Notes under the pieces: model-generated
Databases searched by the model: none
Seen by the model: the letters and a program-made list of their open reading frames with translations, nothing else
What the model was told of the DNA's origin: nothing
In this document: positions 42,604 through 52,955 of the stretch, piece by piece
Position numbering within the stretch: the first letter of the stretch is position 1
Layout: each line of letters opens with the position of its first letter
Position numbers and translations under genes: made by a program
Source of the DNA: Promethearchaeota archaeon
Lineage (GTDB): Archaea; Asgardarchaeota; Heimdallarchaeia; Hodarchaeales; Hodarchaeaceae
Direction of reading: 5' to 3'
Length of the DNA: 64,000 bases
Assembly: GCA_048938105.1 (NCBI GenBank)
Contig: JBHLMN010000010.1
Span: 152,937-216,936, forward strand

Positions 42604-44520
42604 TTACTTTGACGGAATTTGTTCCCCCTGTCCTTTTGTAGATGAACTTGGGGTTGTGTCTTTTCCCCCTACACTTGCAACAAGACTGATCGCTTCCTCG
42701 AGGTAGGTTTTTATGCGAGCTTGTTCAATACGATCTACAAGCGGAGATTTATTTTTCGTAATTGATATCCACTTATCAACTTCTGCTTTGAGAGAATTCT
42801 GTTCGTTTACAACTTGGTTAGAAAGTGATTTAAGTCCTTTCTCCTGAGTAATATTCGCTGCTTGATCAAGGAGGTTGAAAGCTTGTTCAATGTCCAGATC
42901 GAGGAGAGACAACTTGGATTGAAGGATTAAAGTATGCGCCAATAAGAATTTTGAGTTCTGTTGTCTTGCGATTTCATTCAGCATGCTAACATATTCACGT
43001 AGGTTTTGGAGAGATTCTGGTTTCTCAATAAACTTGAGCTCTATTAATAGTAATTCACATGCATTGAGTAGAGCGAGTTGTTTTAGATCCTGAGGAAGAT
43101 ACTCTTCTGTAACCAGTTCCTGAACTGTTCTCAGAGATAGGGCGATCTCGAGCATGTCCTTGTTATGTTTTTGAATCATAGCTTCTCCTAATTTAGCTCT
43201 AAATTTCATCACATTGTGTCCCATCCTCCCACTCAACTCCTTCAATTCCTCTAGGTAATCATTTGCTACCTGGATTTGCTTCATTTCAAGGGTCAGGATA
43301 ATCAGCTGAAAAAGAACTATCGCTGTTTGATAGTTATTTTTACTTTCTCTAAACAATTGAAGTGCTAGAACAAATTGCTTGAGGGCGTTTTTACGATCTC
43401 CAGTCATTTGGAAGTTTCTACCGAGCGTGAACCTTGTATACCCAATGTTTAAATTTTCACCAATGTCTTCAGCTAAAGCTAGTGCCTTTTTATGATGCCT
43501 GATAGCAACCATTGGTTCTCCTTTGAGATTGGCACATAATCCCATGCCAATCATTGTTGAGACGACTCCTCGTTTGTTATCGAGTTCCTGAAAGATGTCA
43601 AGGCTTTTGTTGAAGTATTCTAGTGCAATTTCCAGTTCACCAACTTCACGATATTCAATTCCAATCCAGCGAAATAGTTCAGCAATGTGAGACTGTTCAC
43701 CAAGCTCCTCAGCTGCCTTCAAGCTCCTGTTAAAATAATCGTGAGCTAATTCCTGACTCCCCTTTTGAAGATGTATAGACCCAACCGAAGTAGCCCACCA
43801 AGATAGTTCACGTTTAATGTCTAAGTCTTCAGCGATTTCTAGACTTCGTTGGTAAAAATCAAGTGCAAGATCAAGGTCTCCTTTCAAATCATGAATGGTA
43901 CCTATTTTATGGAGGAGATAGTGTAAAATCCATTTGTACTCCAGCTCCTCTGAGATGTCTAAGCCCCTGACCAGAAGTTTCATTGCCTCTTTGAATTTCC
44001 CAAGGTCTCTATAATGAATTGCGGCATTGTTCAAGAGTGGTGGGAGAAACCATCTCTCATCACTTTCCTCAAGAATTTGTATACCTTCTAATTCACTCTC
44101 CAAAGCCAAGGTGATTTCCCCTCTCTCACTGAAAAGTAATCCTCTAGCCACGAAAAGCATAGCTTCCCAAAGCCTAGCATCCAGACGTTCTTCCTTGTTC
44201 ATCAATCCCAGAAGTTCTTCTGCCCGATCAAGATCTTTGTGTCCTCTTTCAGTATCCCAATCCCCCCACCAGAAATAAACCAACTTTGTAGCTATCGCAG
44301 CTACCTCGAGGATCTTTGTTTCTTTTTCTCGGCATTCCTTTTGGACGTGCTCTAGAAACTCAATCCCTTGTTCCCGAGTTCTTTGGCCGCTTAGTAGCCA
44401 AAAAAAAGCCTTTAAAACCTCCCCTTCTAGTTTATCTTCAGCATTGAGCTTGTTGATCTTGTTCAAAGCTTCAGAAAACTTTCCTTTAGCCCAAAGATCT
44501 TTGATTTCTGGGATTCTCAC
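42604..44520 (-). CDS. Tetratricopeptide repeat protein (Asgard-expanded type)
   Basis: Multiple G....G....AL.Y...SL.I TPR repeats. Confidence 0.9.
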   Translation of the reverse strand: MRIPEIKDLWAKGKFSEALNKINKLNAEDKLEGEVLKAFFWLLSGQRTREQGIEFLEHVQKECREKETKILEVAAIATKLVYFWWGDWDTERGHKDLDRAEELLGLMNKEERLDARLWEAMLFVARGLLFSERGEITLALESELEGIQILEESDERWFLPPLLNNAAIHYRDLGKFKEAMKLLVRGLDISEELEYKWILHYLLHKIGTIHDLKGDLDLALDFYQRSLEIAEDLDIKRELSWWATSVGSIHLQKGSQELAHDYFNRSLKAAEELGEQSHIAELFRWIGIEYREVGELEIALEYFNKSLDIFQELDNKRGVVSTMIGMGLCANLKGEPMVAIRHHKKALALAEDIGENLNIGYTRFTLGRNFQMTGDRKNALKQFVLALQLFRESKNNYQTAIVLFQLIILTLEMKQIQVANDYLEELKELSGRMGHNVMKFRAKLGEAMIQKHNKDMLEIALSLRTVQELVTEEYLPQDLKQLALLNACELLLIELKFIEKPESLQNLREYVSMLNEIARQQNSKFLLAHTLILQSKLSLLDLDIEQAFNLLDQAANITQEKGLKSLSNQVVNEQNSLKAEVDKWISITKNKSPLVDRIEQARIKTYLEEAISLVASVGGKDTTPSSSTKGQGEQIPSK

Positions 44521-44791
44521 TCTCTAAAACACCCTCATTTCTCTCAATCCTATTTACTGAATTCTTGGTAAATTAATGAATTCATGCCCTTTGAAAATTA
44601 TAAGTTAAGCTATAATTATAAATTGATTTTATTACAATCTGGGAACACTTAACCTAGTAGTTTCCTTCATAATCCCCAGCGAAAATCCCTCCAGTTTTAT
44701 CCTCCAGTTTTATAGTGTTCTAACCTCTATATGAGATTCGATATACTTTTCATTGCGTTTCATAATGGGATTGAATCTTGATAAGGATTGG

Positions 44792-44871
44792 GAAAGTAGT
44801 AACATTGGATATGTTAGCAAAAATACGTATATTGATATGTATAATGTACTATAACGTTGGATATATCAATG
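44792..44871 (+). other. dif-like sites I (GAAAGTAGTAA-CATTGG-ATATGTTAGCA) and J (ATGTACTATAA-CGTTGG-ATATATCAATG) enclosing a 52-bp unit
   Basis: Unit 44803-44854 is 48/52 identical to 63762-63813. Confidence 0.7.
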
Positions 44872-44890
44872 AACTTATGTAAAAAGGAAA

Positions 44891-47290
44891 TCACTCAAAT
44901 TCCTTTAACACTTCATTAAGAATTTCTCTAGTATTTTCAATAATCATTTTCGAAGTGGCATTCTTTATGGCTTTTGCCATTAATCTATAGGATCCCGTGA
45001 CAGTGATTTTTATTTCAATAAAAACACCAATACCTGAATCTATATCTTCAAAACTTATCGTATAAAAAATCTCACCAGGAGCAGGAGTAACTTCGAATTT
45101 TGTAAAGCGATCGGTTCTTGGACCTATTTCAATGTTTGAAAACTCTCTTCCCTGAGCTACAGTAGTATGTTGTGCAATCGCATCATAGAACTTATTTGTT
45201 ATTTTTCCTAAATCAATTGGTTTTTCTTTTAATTCATATAGTAATTGCTTATCTTCAGGTTTTTGTTTTTCTTTACCACTTACTACAACCCTGACACGAC
45301 TGATATTCTGGATTCGTGTATAGGGAGTTTGAGAGTCGCCTTGCCTCTGCGAGATTACACGAACAGCCGGAAAGTATGTACCGCTCTTGGAGAAGGTATA
45401 AGTAGTCTTCACCTTAACTTTCTTCTTGGCTTTGATCCGCTCGCTAACTGGATAGTCGCCAGCGCCTTCAAAATCCCATTCCACACCAACAATCGAACCA
45501 GTATCCGGTGGTGTTTCGATGACTGCGGAAAATTTGACCTTCTTCCCGACTTTAACATCTGCGCGCTCGGCTCCGTTTACTGTAAGATTGACAACTGGTT
45601 GTATTCCCTTACGCTCCACAGCGGATGCTGGTACTTGTATTTGACCATCCACCACTTTATATGTTGTACTCGCGGGGGGTGCTACGCCTTTTTCAACCCA
45701 TGTACTCATGTCACGCAGTGCTTGTTGCAATATACCTCCAAAGTTGATGACCCGTGTGGTTATTACTGGTGGAGAGTCAAACTGCGTGACCACAGGTGGG
45801 GTATGCAGTGCACGATCAATGAACCAGAGTCGGTAGTTATCTTCGAACTGTTCTCCTAGTGCAGCTTTCACCTTCGACCGATACCAATCTGCCTGCCAGG
45901 CATAGGCGATTTCGTCCATTATACACTCTATTACAATCATCTTGCCTTTAAACTCACCAGTTTGGATTGAACCAGCGCCTCCGAATGCATAGCGGGGGCC
46001 TACAAGCTCAGCTCGTTGTGGATACAGAGGTTTACCATCAGTGTCTCGAAAGTAGTCATAAACGTAATATTCAGGTGGTGGAATCTGATGGCGATGATAA
46101 GTTTGGATAGCGAGATAGTTAGAGTTATCGATTAACACCTTATCGCCCACCTTGACCTTAGCTAGATCTTGATAATATTTCTCACCATAAGCAAGTATTA
46201 TCATGTCATCAAACGCTCCAATAATGTAAGCTACACAACCCTCTGCCTCACCGCTTTTCAAGAAGATTGAAGCTCCCTGGAGGTCACCTTCTGGTACACT
46301 TTCGAATTTAAAGCCTGCTGGAACAATTATGTTACCAGCTTGGCCAGCTGAAATCGACAATGAGCCACCCATTTTCCTGATGTCATCAGGCATAATTAGC
46401 TTACTTATAGTTGTTTCGTGCTTGATTCGAGCGTCTAAGAATGATTGGGGTGGATTTACACCAAAGTAGCCTTGTTCCTTCCAAAAATCTTCGAAATATG
46501 TGGGATCCCATTCGATTGTTTGGTCAAGGAGGGTGGTTAATACCCCTGTGTAGCCGAATGCTATCCTCTGATAATTAAACCAAGCCTGTGGCGGAAATCC
46601 CATCCGAGTCACTTCAGTAAGTGCTTCTCGTTCCTCTTCATTGAGACCAGCATACATGTCACCGCTACCACCAGGTTCTATCGCGTCAACGATGGTAGGC
46701 ATATTATCTTTTAACACACGCATCGCATGAGCCTGAATTGTAAAATTATTGAGCATACTCATTGGTGTTCCATGAATAAATGGCACCACGCCGTCCCAGA
46801 TACCGTCTGTGTTTTCTATACAGCTGATGGTTTTATATGCCCCTCCGCTGCCACCCCACGTATATCCATAAGGGCGGTGGGGGCCATACATTTCAGCAGC
46901 TAAAACACGTGAATACTTTGCTACTGCCGCACTGGTCCGATAACCGACAACGGTAGGATCATCCCCTGGGAACATATCCATCCTCCCTAGGTTTGATTCT
47001 ACAAAATAAGCACCACTCTCGAAGACAAAACTTAACGAGTAGCTAGGATTAGGGTAATCTGGAGCCTGTGCAAGATTTTCATTTCCAGATATTGGCATGA
47101 TATACTGGAAGAACCGATTTTCGTATTGCTCTTTTGGTGGAAAGTAGAACGAGAATCGAGCTTGGGTGCCTTTAAAACCACCATGAACATAACGATGGCG
47201 TACGGGCTTTTCCCGCCACTCATCAATATCTACATATGGTTGAGTGAAAAGTGGATCATCGCTTGGTCCAGTAGACTCACTTGTTTTCAA
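44891..47290 (-). CDS. Tannase-like alpha/beta hydrolase-related protein with PKD-like domain and AT-rich C-terminal extension
   Basis: YTWGGSGG nucleophile elbow; EWDFEG..TYTFSKSGTYFPAVRV PKD-like; higher GC than flanks. Confidence 0.65.
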   Translation of the reverse strand: MKTSESTGPSDDPLFTQPYVDIDEWREKPVRHRYVHGGFKGTQARFSFYFPPKEQYENRFFQYIMPISGNENLAQAPDYPNPSYSLSFVFESGAYFVESNLGRMDMFPGDDPTVVGYRTSAAVAKYSRVLAAEMYGPHRPYGYTWGGSGGAYKTISCIENTDGIWDGVVPFIHGTPMSMLNNFTIQAHAMRVLKDNMPTIVDAIEPGGSGDMYAGLNEEEREALTEVTRMGFPPQAWFNYQRIAFGYTGVLTTLLDQTIEWDPTYFEDFWKEQGYFGVNPPQSFLDARIKHETTISKLIMPDDIRKMGGSLSISAGQAGNIIVPAGFKFESVPEGDLQGASIFLKSGEAEGCVAYIIGAFDDMIILAYGEKYYQDLAKVKVGDKVLIDNSNYLAIQTYHRHQIPPPEYYVYDYFRDTDGKPLYPQRAELVGPRYAFGGAGSIQTGEFKGKMIVIECIMDEIAYAWQADWYRSKVKAALGEQFEDNYRLWFIDRALHTPPVVTQFDSPPVITTRVINFGGILQQALRDMSTWVEKGVAPPASTTYKVVDGQIQVPASAVERKGIQPVVNLTVNGAERADVKVGKKVKFSAVIETPPDTGSIVGVEWDFEGAGDYPVSERIKAKKKVKVKTTYTFSKSGTYFPAVRVISQRQGDSQTPYTRIQNISRVRVVVSGKEKQKPEDKQLLYELKEKPIDLGKITNKFYDAIAQHTTVAQGREFSNIEIGPRTDRFTKFEVTPAPGEIFYTISFEDIDSGIGVFIEIKITVTGSYRLMAKAIKNATSKMIIENTREILNEVLKEFE

Positions 47291-47733
47291 TATAATGCAC
47301 CAAATTTTGTTATAAATAGACTTTAAATTAATATTTTAAGTAATTCTTTTTCTAGTGTTAGTTCCTGTTTCTTTCAAGCTAATTCTGCTACCCAATAAAA
47401 ACATAAGGAATCTATCTTCACTGAATAGTTTGAAACATTCTAAATCTAAGTCCCATCCTTCCTCAGGAGCTCACTCAGCATTTTCAAAAAAATCCAAATA
47501 TTTTGGTATCATAGAGTCTTTGACATAATCGCAAAATTTTTCGTAAGGTTTCAGATCTAAAACAGGAGTGTTATCCATAGTGTCTAAGTTCTGGAGGGTG
47601 ACAATTCCGAAAAAATAATTCAAATCTATAGCCTTTTACAGTATTGGTTCCAAATTTTATTCTATCTAAACAATCCATCCTATTGAAGCTTCGGAACCAT
47701 TTATTAGATTCAGTGTTAGCTGTTGCACAACTG

Positions 47734-47810
47734 TGGGACTTTTCCCCTGTTTTCTCTTTTCTTTTTTGACCTGTCTTGATGATGTTTGATGTCGTATAGC
47801 GTTGGATAAT
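47734..47810 (+). repeat. Dispersed repeat copy 3 (truncated) ending in dif-like site K
   Basis: Near-identical to 35081-35156. Confidence 0.9.
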
Positions 47811-47816
47811 ACACAT
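47789..47816 (+). other. dif-like site K (attL of the integrative element): ATGTCGTATAG-CGTTGG-ATAATACACAT
   Basis: About 55 bp upstream of the RHH-recombinase operon. Confidence 0.75.
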
Positions 47817-47872
47817 TTATTATAGCAAAATTATATAAGCAGTTATATTATCTCTATTCTTAGTGAAATTGA

Positions 47873-48343
47873 GTGGCACCTAGAAAGGCAAAGAGTTCTA
47901 AATCTAAAAAAATGATTACTTTTATGTTAGATGAAGAAATAAGATTAAGGATTGACGAGTATTGTAAGAATAGTCAATTGAGTTTAGCCCAATTTATACG
48001 ATTAGCTATAATTGAGAAATTGGAAGGGAAAGTGATTGATAAAAGTGATCAAGTCGAGATAATTGATACTTCTAATATTGATCATGCTTTAACACAACTT
48101 CAACAAGAACAAACAAAGATTTCACAAATGCTAGAGTTCCTGATAGATCAACAACAAAAAGAAAATGCAACACAATCAAAGATAGTTATTGAAGCAAAGC
48201 AATTATTATTGGAAAAACAACCAACAACCTATGAAGAAGCTAATGAGTTCATTCCTGATATTAACACAATGAATGAAGCAATTAATCAACTTCTCCAAGA
48301 AAATAAAGTCATTTATAAAAGGAGTAAGCTTAATTGGCTTTAA
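47873..48343 (+). CDS. Ribbon-helix-helix (CopG-like) DNA-binding protein with coiled coil
   Basis: MITFMLDEE...IDEYC....SLAQFIRLAIIEKL. Confidence 0.75.
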   Translation: MAPRKAKSSKSKKMITFMLDEEIRLRIDEYCKNSQLSLAQFIRLAIIEKLEGKVIDKSDQVEIIDTSNIDHALTQLQQEQTKISQMLEFLIDQQQKENATQSKIVIEAKQLLLEKQPTTYEEANEFIPDINTMNEAINQLLQENKVIYKRSKLNWL

Positions 48344-49203
48344 CCACTTCCTCATCTTCAGACCAAATGATTGAAGATTTTATCCTCTCACAAAATTTAA
48401 GTGAAAACACAGTAAAAAGTTATAGAAGTTTACTTAATAATTTTTTTAGATATTTAAATGATAGAGAATTGACTAGAAAAGATGTTGCTATATTCGTTAA
48501 AAAGGAAAAACAAAAAGGATTAGCAGATGGAACAATAAAAGCAAAATTAACAGTAATACGATGTTACGCGAAATGGTTATGGGAAGAAGATTTACTTTTG
48601 AGTAAAGAATATAAGAAAATTTTAGGATTGAAAATTAAGTTAGATTATGGAGAAGATGGGAGGAGAGCATTAACAGAAGAAGAGATTGAATTAGGTTATA
48701 ATAAACTTGTAAATCCAATATTAAGAATGCTATTCTGGACTGGATTGAATTACGGACTAAGAAGAAGTGAATACATTAACTTAAAGATGGATGACATCGA
48801 CCTATTGAACAGGATTGTAACGATCAGGCATTCTAAGGGGAATAAAACTCGAAGAATCAAAATTCTCAAAACTCACGTCCCAGTTTGGAGAGATTGGTTT
48901 GTTACGAGAGATTCATATCAGTTAGATCATGATTTTGTGTTTTTTACAGATCGAGGGAGAGCTGGAACGCGAAGTATTGAACGGTATTTCAACAAAATCA
49001 GTGAAATTTTACTAGGAAATAAGGAAATTACAAGTCATACACTACGCTACACTTTTGCAGTCAGATGTTGGCGTTCTGAAATGGATTTATTAGTATTGAG
49101 TAAAATTTTGGGTCATTCTAATTTACGAACTACTCAAACTTACCTAAGGGTTATTGAACATGAGATTTTAGAAAAATATGAAGAGCAAGCATCGAGAATC
49201 TAA
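48334..49203 (+). CDS. XerC/D/XerA-like tyrosine recombinase
   Basis: LSENTVKSY N-domain; GLRRSE, KGNKTR, HTLRYTFA and LGHSNLRTTQTY catalytic motifs. Confidence 0.95.
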   Translation: MALTTSSSSDQMIEDFILSQNLSENTVKSYRSLLNNFFRYLNDRELTRKDVAIFVKKEKQKGLADGTIKAKLTVIRCYAKWLWEEDLLLSKEYKKILGLKIKLDYGEDGRRALTEEEIELGYNKLVNPILRMLFWTGLNYGLRRSEYINLKMDDIDLLNRIVTIRHSKGNKTRRIKILKTHVPVWRDWFVTRDSYQLDHDFVFFTDRGRAGTRSIERYFNKISEILLGNKEITSHTLRYTFAVRCWRSEMDLLVLSKILGHSNLRTTQTYLRVIEHEILEKYEEQASRI

Positions 49204-49281
49204 TTTATAACTAATAAGAGATCTTTAGATTTAATTCAACCATAAAGGTCGCTTATAAGGAACATCTGGATAATTTTCTTT

Positions 49282-50325
49282 TTACCTTAGATATAATTTC
49301 CTTCTTTCTTTGAGTTTGGCATAATGAAGTTTTCTATGGCAGTTTGGACAAATCACTAGTATGTTTTCTTGTGAATCATCATGCGAAATATTATAAGGTA
49401 TAATATGGTGAACCTCAGAATATAATTCATCATTTCTTTTGATAAAATGTCTTTTATCGCATATTTGACAATTTTGATACTTCTTTTTCAATAAAGAGAA
49501 CAGATTTACTGATCTTTGATACTCAATTTTCGTTCTTTCCTTCCTAATCCGCATTCGTGGCTTAAATTTTTTCATTTTTTCATTCTCTTGAAGAATTAAT
49601 TTATTTAGTTCTTCAATAGAGTATTTAATGTCAGTTTCCTCTACCTCACGATAAATTTCGGGTATTTTTAATCGTTCTAAAGGATATTGATACAATTCCA
49701 AAATGAAAACATATACTAATCTAATATTTCCATCTTTATCTGGTTGTTGAGAAGTATAGAAATCGTTAAATCCCATTTGACCCATAAATTCCCATTTCCC
49801 CCCTTCGTTATGCTTTTTGAATAAGAAAATTAATTTTCCTGACTGTTTAGATTCATAGATTGCTTTATTTCCTTTTGTTAAGGATTGATTCCCAGCTTGT
49901 CCCTCTCCTGTACAATGAAAATTTCCTGTTTCATCAAAATGATCAATGTATATTGTTTCCGCTTTTGGTTTAACACATATAACAATGTGACCATTTGGGT
50001 GGTATTTTGGGGAAGTAGAAACACGGATCCCTCCTTGTGGAGATACTTTCATTAAATTATGAATCTCATCATTAAGATAAAATTTCCCGATAATTGGTAC
50101 TGAATTATTTTTCTTTGTTTTATTTACAAATTTTGTTTTCTTACATTTAAAACATTTTCTTTCATCGCGATAGATGTCTTTCATATCAAATAGATCATGG
50201 CATATTTTGTTTATCTGCTGTCGTGGTTTTATAAAAAGTATTGTGGATAGGCAGTCATCACAATAGTATTCTTGTGTAATCCTTAGATAATTCAAAACTA
50301 TTTCTCTGTTATTCAATTTAATCAT
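49282..50325 (-). CDS. SRA-like plus HNH endonuclease (McrA-like, probably modification-dependent)
   Basis: QGGIR..YIDH..TGEGQ.G.Q..GNKAI; CQIC..EVHHIIP..N...ICPNCHRKLH; N-terminal CDDC domain. Confidence 0.8.
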   Translation of the reverse strand: MIKLNNREIVLNYLRITQEYYCDDCLSTILFIKPRQQINKICHDLFDMKDIYRDERKCFKCKKTKFVNKTKKNNSVPIIGKFYLNDEIHNLMKVSPQGGIRVSTSPKYHPNGHIVICVKPKAETIYIDHFDETGNFHCTGEGQAGNQSLTKGNKAIYESKQSGKLIFLFKKHNEGGKWEFMGQMGFNDFYTSQQPDKDGNIRLVYVFILELYQYPLERLKIPEIYREVEETDIKYSIEELNKLILQENEKMKKFKPRMRIRKERTKIEYQRSVNLFSLLKKKYQNCQICDKRHFIKRNDELYSEVHHIIPYNISHDDSQENILVICPNCHRKLHYAKLKERRKLYLR

Positions 50326-50460
50326 CTCTATATATTTACATTCTACTTTTATGAATCTTCAGGATCTATTTAATTACCTAAAGTAAGCCCATAAATTATA
50401 AAGGATTGAACTTTTTTCTTTCCAGTAATAATGGAAAAATGTCATTTCAAAAAACTTCAC

Positions 50461-50537
50461 TGAGATTAATGTGAGAAACTAGTGAGAAGTGTATGAAAAA
50501 GATATGAGAATGATGTGAGAATGTTATGAGTGAGAAG
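50461..50537. repeat. Iteron-like TGAGA repeats with exact 11-bp period
   Basis: Cores at 50461, 50472, 50483, 50494, 50505, 50516 and 50527. Confidence 0.7.
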
Positions 50538-50596
50538 GTTTAATAGATAATATTGAGATTATTTCTCACTCATCTTAAGATGGTTAAGACTCTTTT

Positions 50597-51019
50597 CTAA
50601 AACCTTTTTTCTTCTGATTTGTAAATCATTATCGCAATAAAAACTATAAGACCATACGTAGTCAAGAAATAAAGGGGACTAAGGGTTAAAAAACTAATAA
50701 TGTCTCTTGCATTTGAAACTCCAAGAGTTTCCAAAGCTAGTACTCCAAAACTCGATAATAACCAACCAACAAAAATCGGGAGAAGAAGAATAATCCCTGC
50801 TGTAAAGAGCTTCAATAGAATATCAGAGTATTCACTCATAGAATCTAATATACCCGTATTCTGCGTTTTATCTAGGATAAATATTATAGCTGTTATCCCT
50901 CCTCCTATAATAACAATTAATAAGATTAAACTTACAATATTACTGACGAAATTCAAAATATTTTCTAAAAATAGAGTCGGACTAACTAATACTGCCAAGA
51001 GAATTAATAAAACAATCAT
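50597..51019 (-). CDS. Small hypothetical membrane protein
   Basis: About 4 hydrophobic helices. Confidence 0.6.
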   Translation of the reverse strand: MIVLLILLAVLVSPTLFLENILNFVSNIVSLILLIVIIGGGITAIIFILDKTQNTGILDSMSEYSDILLKLFTAGIILLLPIFVGWLLSSFGVLALETLGVSNARDIISFLTLSPLYFLTTYGLIVFIAIMIYKSEEKRF

Positions 51020-51298
51020 TTCTTGAATACTTAGTTCTTCTCGTTTGCTCAGAATGAAACCCTCCTCTTTGTGGAGATATTCATATGACCTAATACTTTC
51101 TTCTATAAATAGTTTTACACGTACTCAATTATAATTAACTAATTAGAACGTTGTTGTAACTTACTTTTTCCCAAAAAGGACATCTAGTATTTGGGGAGAA
51201 TAAACATTTCTTAAGTGATCATCAAAATCGTCACTTGTTTTTCGCTTGAAATTTAGCTATAAAATCTTTCAGAAGTTCTAACAGCACAAATTGATTCT

Positions 51299-52288
51299 TT
51301 ACCTAATATTTTTTGGCTTTCTGGGGTTATTATTTATGTTTCCTTCAATGAGTTGTGTTTTCTGGTGATTTTCAAATAAATCAGGAAAATATATTTTTAA
51401 TTTCTGGAATTTGTTTCTAATAAACTTTCGTTGGCGCTCTGAATTTTTGTCTGATTGTGATAGGGTATTGAAGTTATCATCACTCTCTTCAAAATCACTA
51501 ATTTGTGTTCCTTTCCGTAGTACTTCAGAATCCGTTCTTTTTTGCATTAATTTACGGAAAGATTTAGCTCTATGAATATTCTTGTTAATTTGTGCTCCTT
51601 GCTTTGAGATATCGAATCCTGATTCCATTACTAGTTCAAACTTCTTCTTCAGGACTTTTTCTGTGAGTTCTTGCTCTGTTGTCTTTTGATCTCTCCTATA
51701 TCCAATTCTAGGGGAAATACCTCGATAAACTGAAAACACGGATTCATCAATATCTTTCTCTGTATGCAACCCTTTTATGTACCAGTATCCAGTTTGTCTT
51801 AGTTTTTTATTGGGAAGAATACCGAACATACCCGGTCCCAATATTCCACGAGAGAAAATTCCTACTCTTTCAAGTATATGAATTACTGAATAGATTTTTA
51901 CTTTCAATCTTGCTTTTTCTTCAGGACTGGCTGGTGCAAGTGTATGTAAGAGTGTGAAAACTGTAAATGGTTCAAGACACATTAGATCGAGTATTTCTAT
52001 TAACTCGGATAATTCTCTAGTACGCTTCATATGAATATTCAGTTTTTTTAATCCCTTTAGAATGTTAGAATAATTAGTAAATTGTATCTTTTCAATTCTT
52101 TCAGGATTACCTATAATCTTACTAAGCTTATTTGCAATATCATTAATAATGTATTCTTTCATTTCATCTGGTAAGTTCAATAAGAGAGGAAATCGATTAA
52201 TTAGGAGCTTTTCAGTCTCATCCCTAAAACTACTACTACTATTACTACTAGTAGAGCTATTTTGCATTACGAGGTCATTTCCTTTCAT
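51299..52288 (-). CDS. Hypothetical protein with central winged-helix-like segment (possible replication or DNA-binding protein)
   Basis: PFTVFTLL..KIYSVIHILERVGIF pattern. Confidence 0.5.
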   Translation of the reverse strand: MKGNDLVMQNSSTSSNSSSSFRDETEKLLINRFPLLLNLPDEMKEYIINDIANKLSKIIGNPERIEKIQFTNYSNILKGLKKLNIHMKRTRELSELIEILDLMCLEPFTVFTLLHTLAPASPEEKARLKVKIYSVIHILERVGIFSRGILGPGMFGILPNKKLRQTGYWYIKGLHTEKDIDESVFSVYRGISPRIGYRRDQKTTEQELTEKVLKKKFELVMESGFDISKQGAQINKNIHRAKSFRKLMQKRTDSEVLRKGTQISDFEESDDNFNTLSQSDKNSERQRKFIRNKFQKLKIYFPDLFENHQKTQLIEGNINNNPRKPKNIR

Positions 52289-52433
52289 TAAGATTGTTAT
52301 TTTCTTCTAACTTTTCGACCCTATTCTTAATTTGATTAATTTCTATGCGTATTAGATCATTGAATTTTTGTTGAAATTTAAAGAAATTTTTGATTAGTCG
52401 GTTTTCGATGTTTCTCGAATAAATCTTATTCAT
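52275..52433 (-). CDS. Small coiled-coil protein (52 aa, not in the ORF track)
   Basis: MNKIYSRNIENRLIK...INQIKNRVEKLEE..; fills the operon gap and overlaps the next start. Confidence 0.45.
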   Translation of the reverse strand: MNKIYSRNIENRLIKNFFKFQQKFNDLIRIEINQIKNRVEKLEENNNLNERK

Positions 52434-52474
52434 AATTCATTGTTCCTTGATTTGTTAAGGTGATCAAAAGATCT

Positions 52475-52867
52475 TTATTTAATTTTATCAGTTTCAGGTG
52501 TCCTTTCTCCATCTGCATTCTTGGGTAGTGCTTCTGCAGCTTTACAGAATGCGATCCTCTCATCCCATGCTTGTTTAAAAGATAGACTTAATTCCTCATT
52601 TGTAACGTTGTTATAACCTTGAAACTTTTTCTCAACTATTTCTGAAGCTCTTTTTCCAACCCAGCGACGATCTTCGACGAATGAGCGTCCACTTTCCTGA
52701 AAACAATTTAATGTTAGTTCTGTTGGAGGATCAAAAAGCGTTTTCAATTCACTATAGGGATTTGAAGGTTCGATTTGATAGGTAGATGATAAGGAAGCCT
52801 TTTTAAGTCCTTTAATATGTGTTTTCTCCTTAATTTCATTCTTTTTTTTATCATTCAAATGTATCAC
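52475..52867 (-). CDS. Hypothetical protein
   Basis: 130 aa ORF with GTG start in AGGTG context. Confidence 0.6.
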   Translation of the reverse strand: MIHLNDKKKNEIKEKTHIKGLKKASLSSTYQIEPSNPYSELKTLFDPPTELTLNCFQESGRSFVEDRRWVGKRASEIVEKKFQGYNNVTNEELSLSFKQAWDERIAFCKAAEALPKNADGERTPETDKIK

Positions 52868-52930
52868 CTATTTAATGCCTTAATAATTAGATATATATAC
52901 TCCTATTGATCATTCGGGATTAATTTTCAA

Positions 52931-52955
52931 TTCCGAATTATTCGGAAGTTCCGAA
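52931..52955. promoter_or_regulatory. Overlapping palindromes TTCCGAAT-T-ATTCGGAA-G-TTCCGAA between divergent genes (putative operator)
   Basis: Three alternating TTCCGAA half-sites. Confidence 0.55.

Noticed and set aside
44688-44713. 13-bp tandem duplication CCTCCAGTTTTAT
   Set aside because: Could be an excision footprint, but there is no associated element; slippage is equally likely
45245-45859. 204-aa plus-strand ORF and other short antisense ORFs in the track
   Set aside because: Shadow frames of longer, motif-supported genes on the opposite strand
47571-47816. 81-aa ORF similar to ORF 35004-35210
   Set aside because: Similarity comes only from reading through the non-coding dispersed repeat
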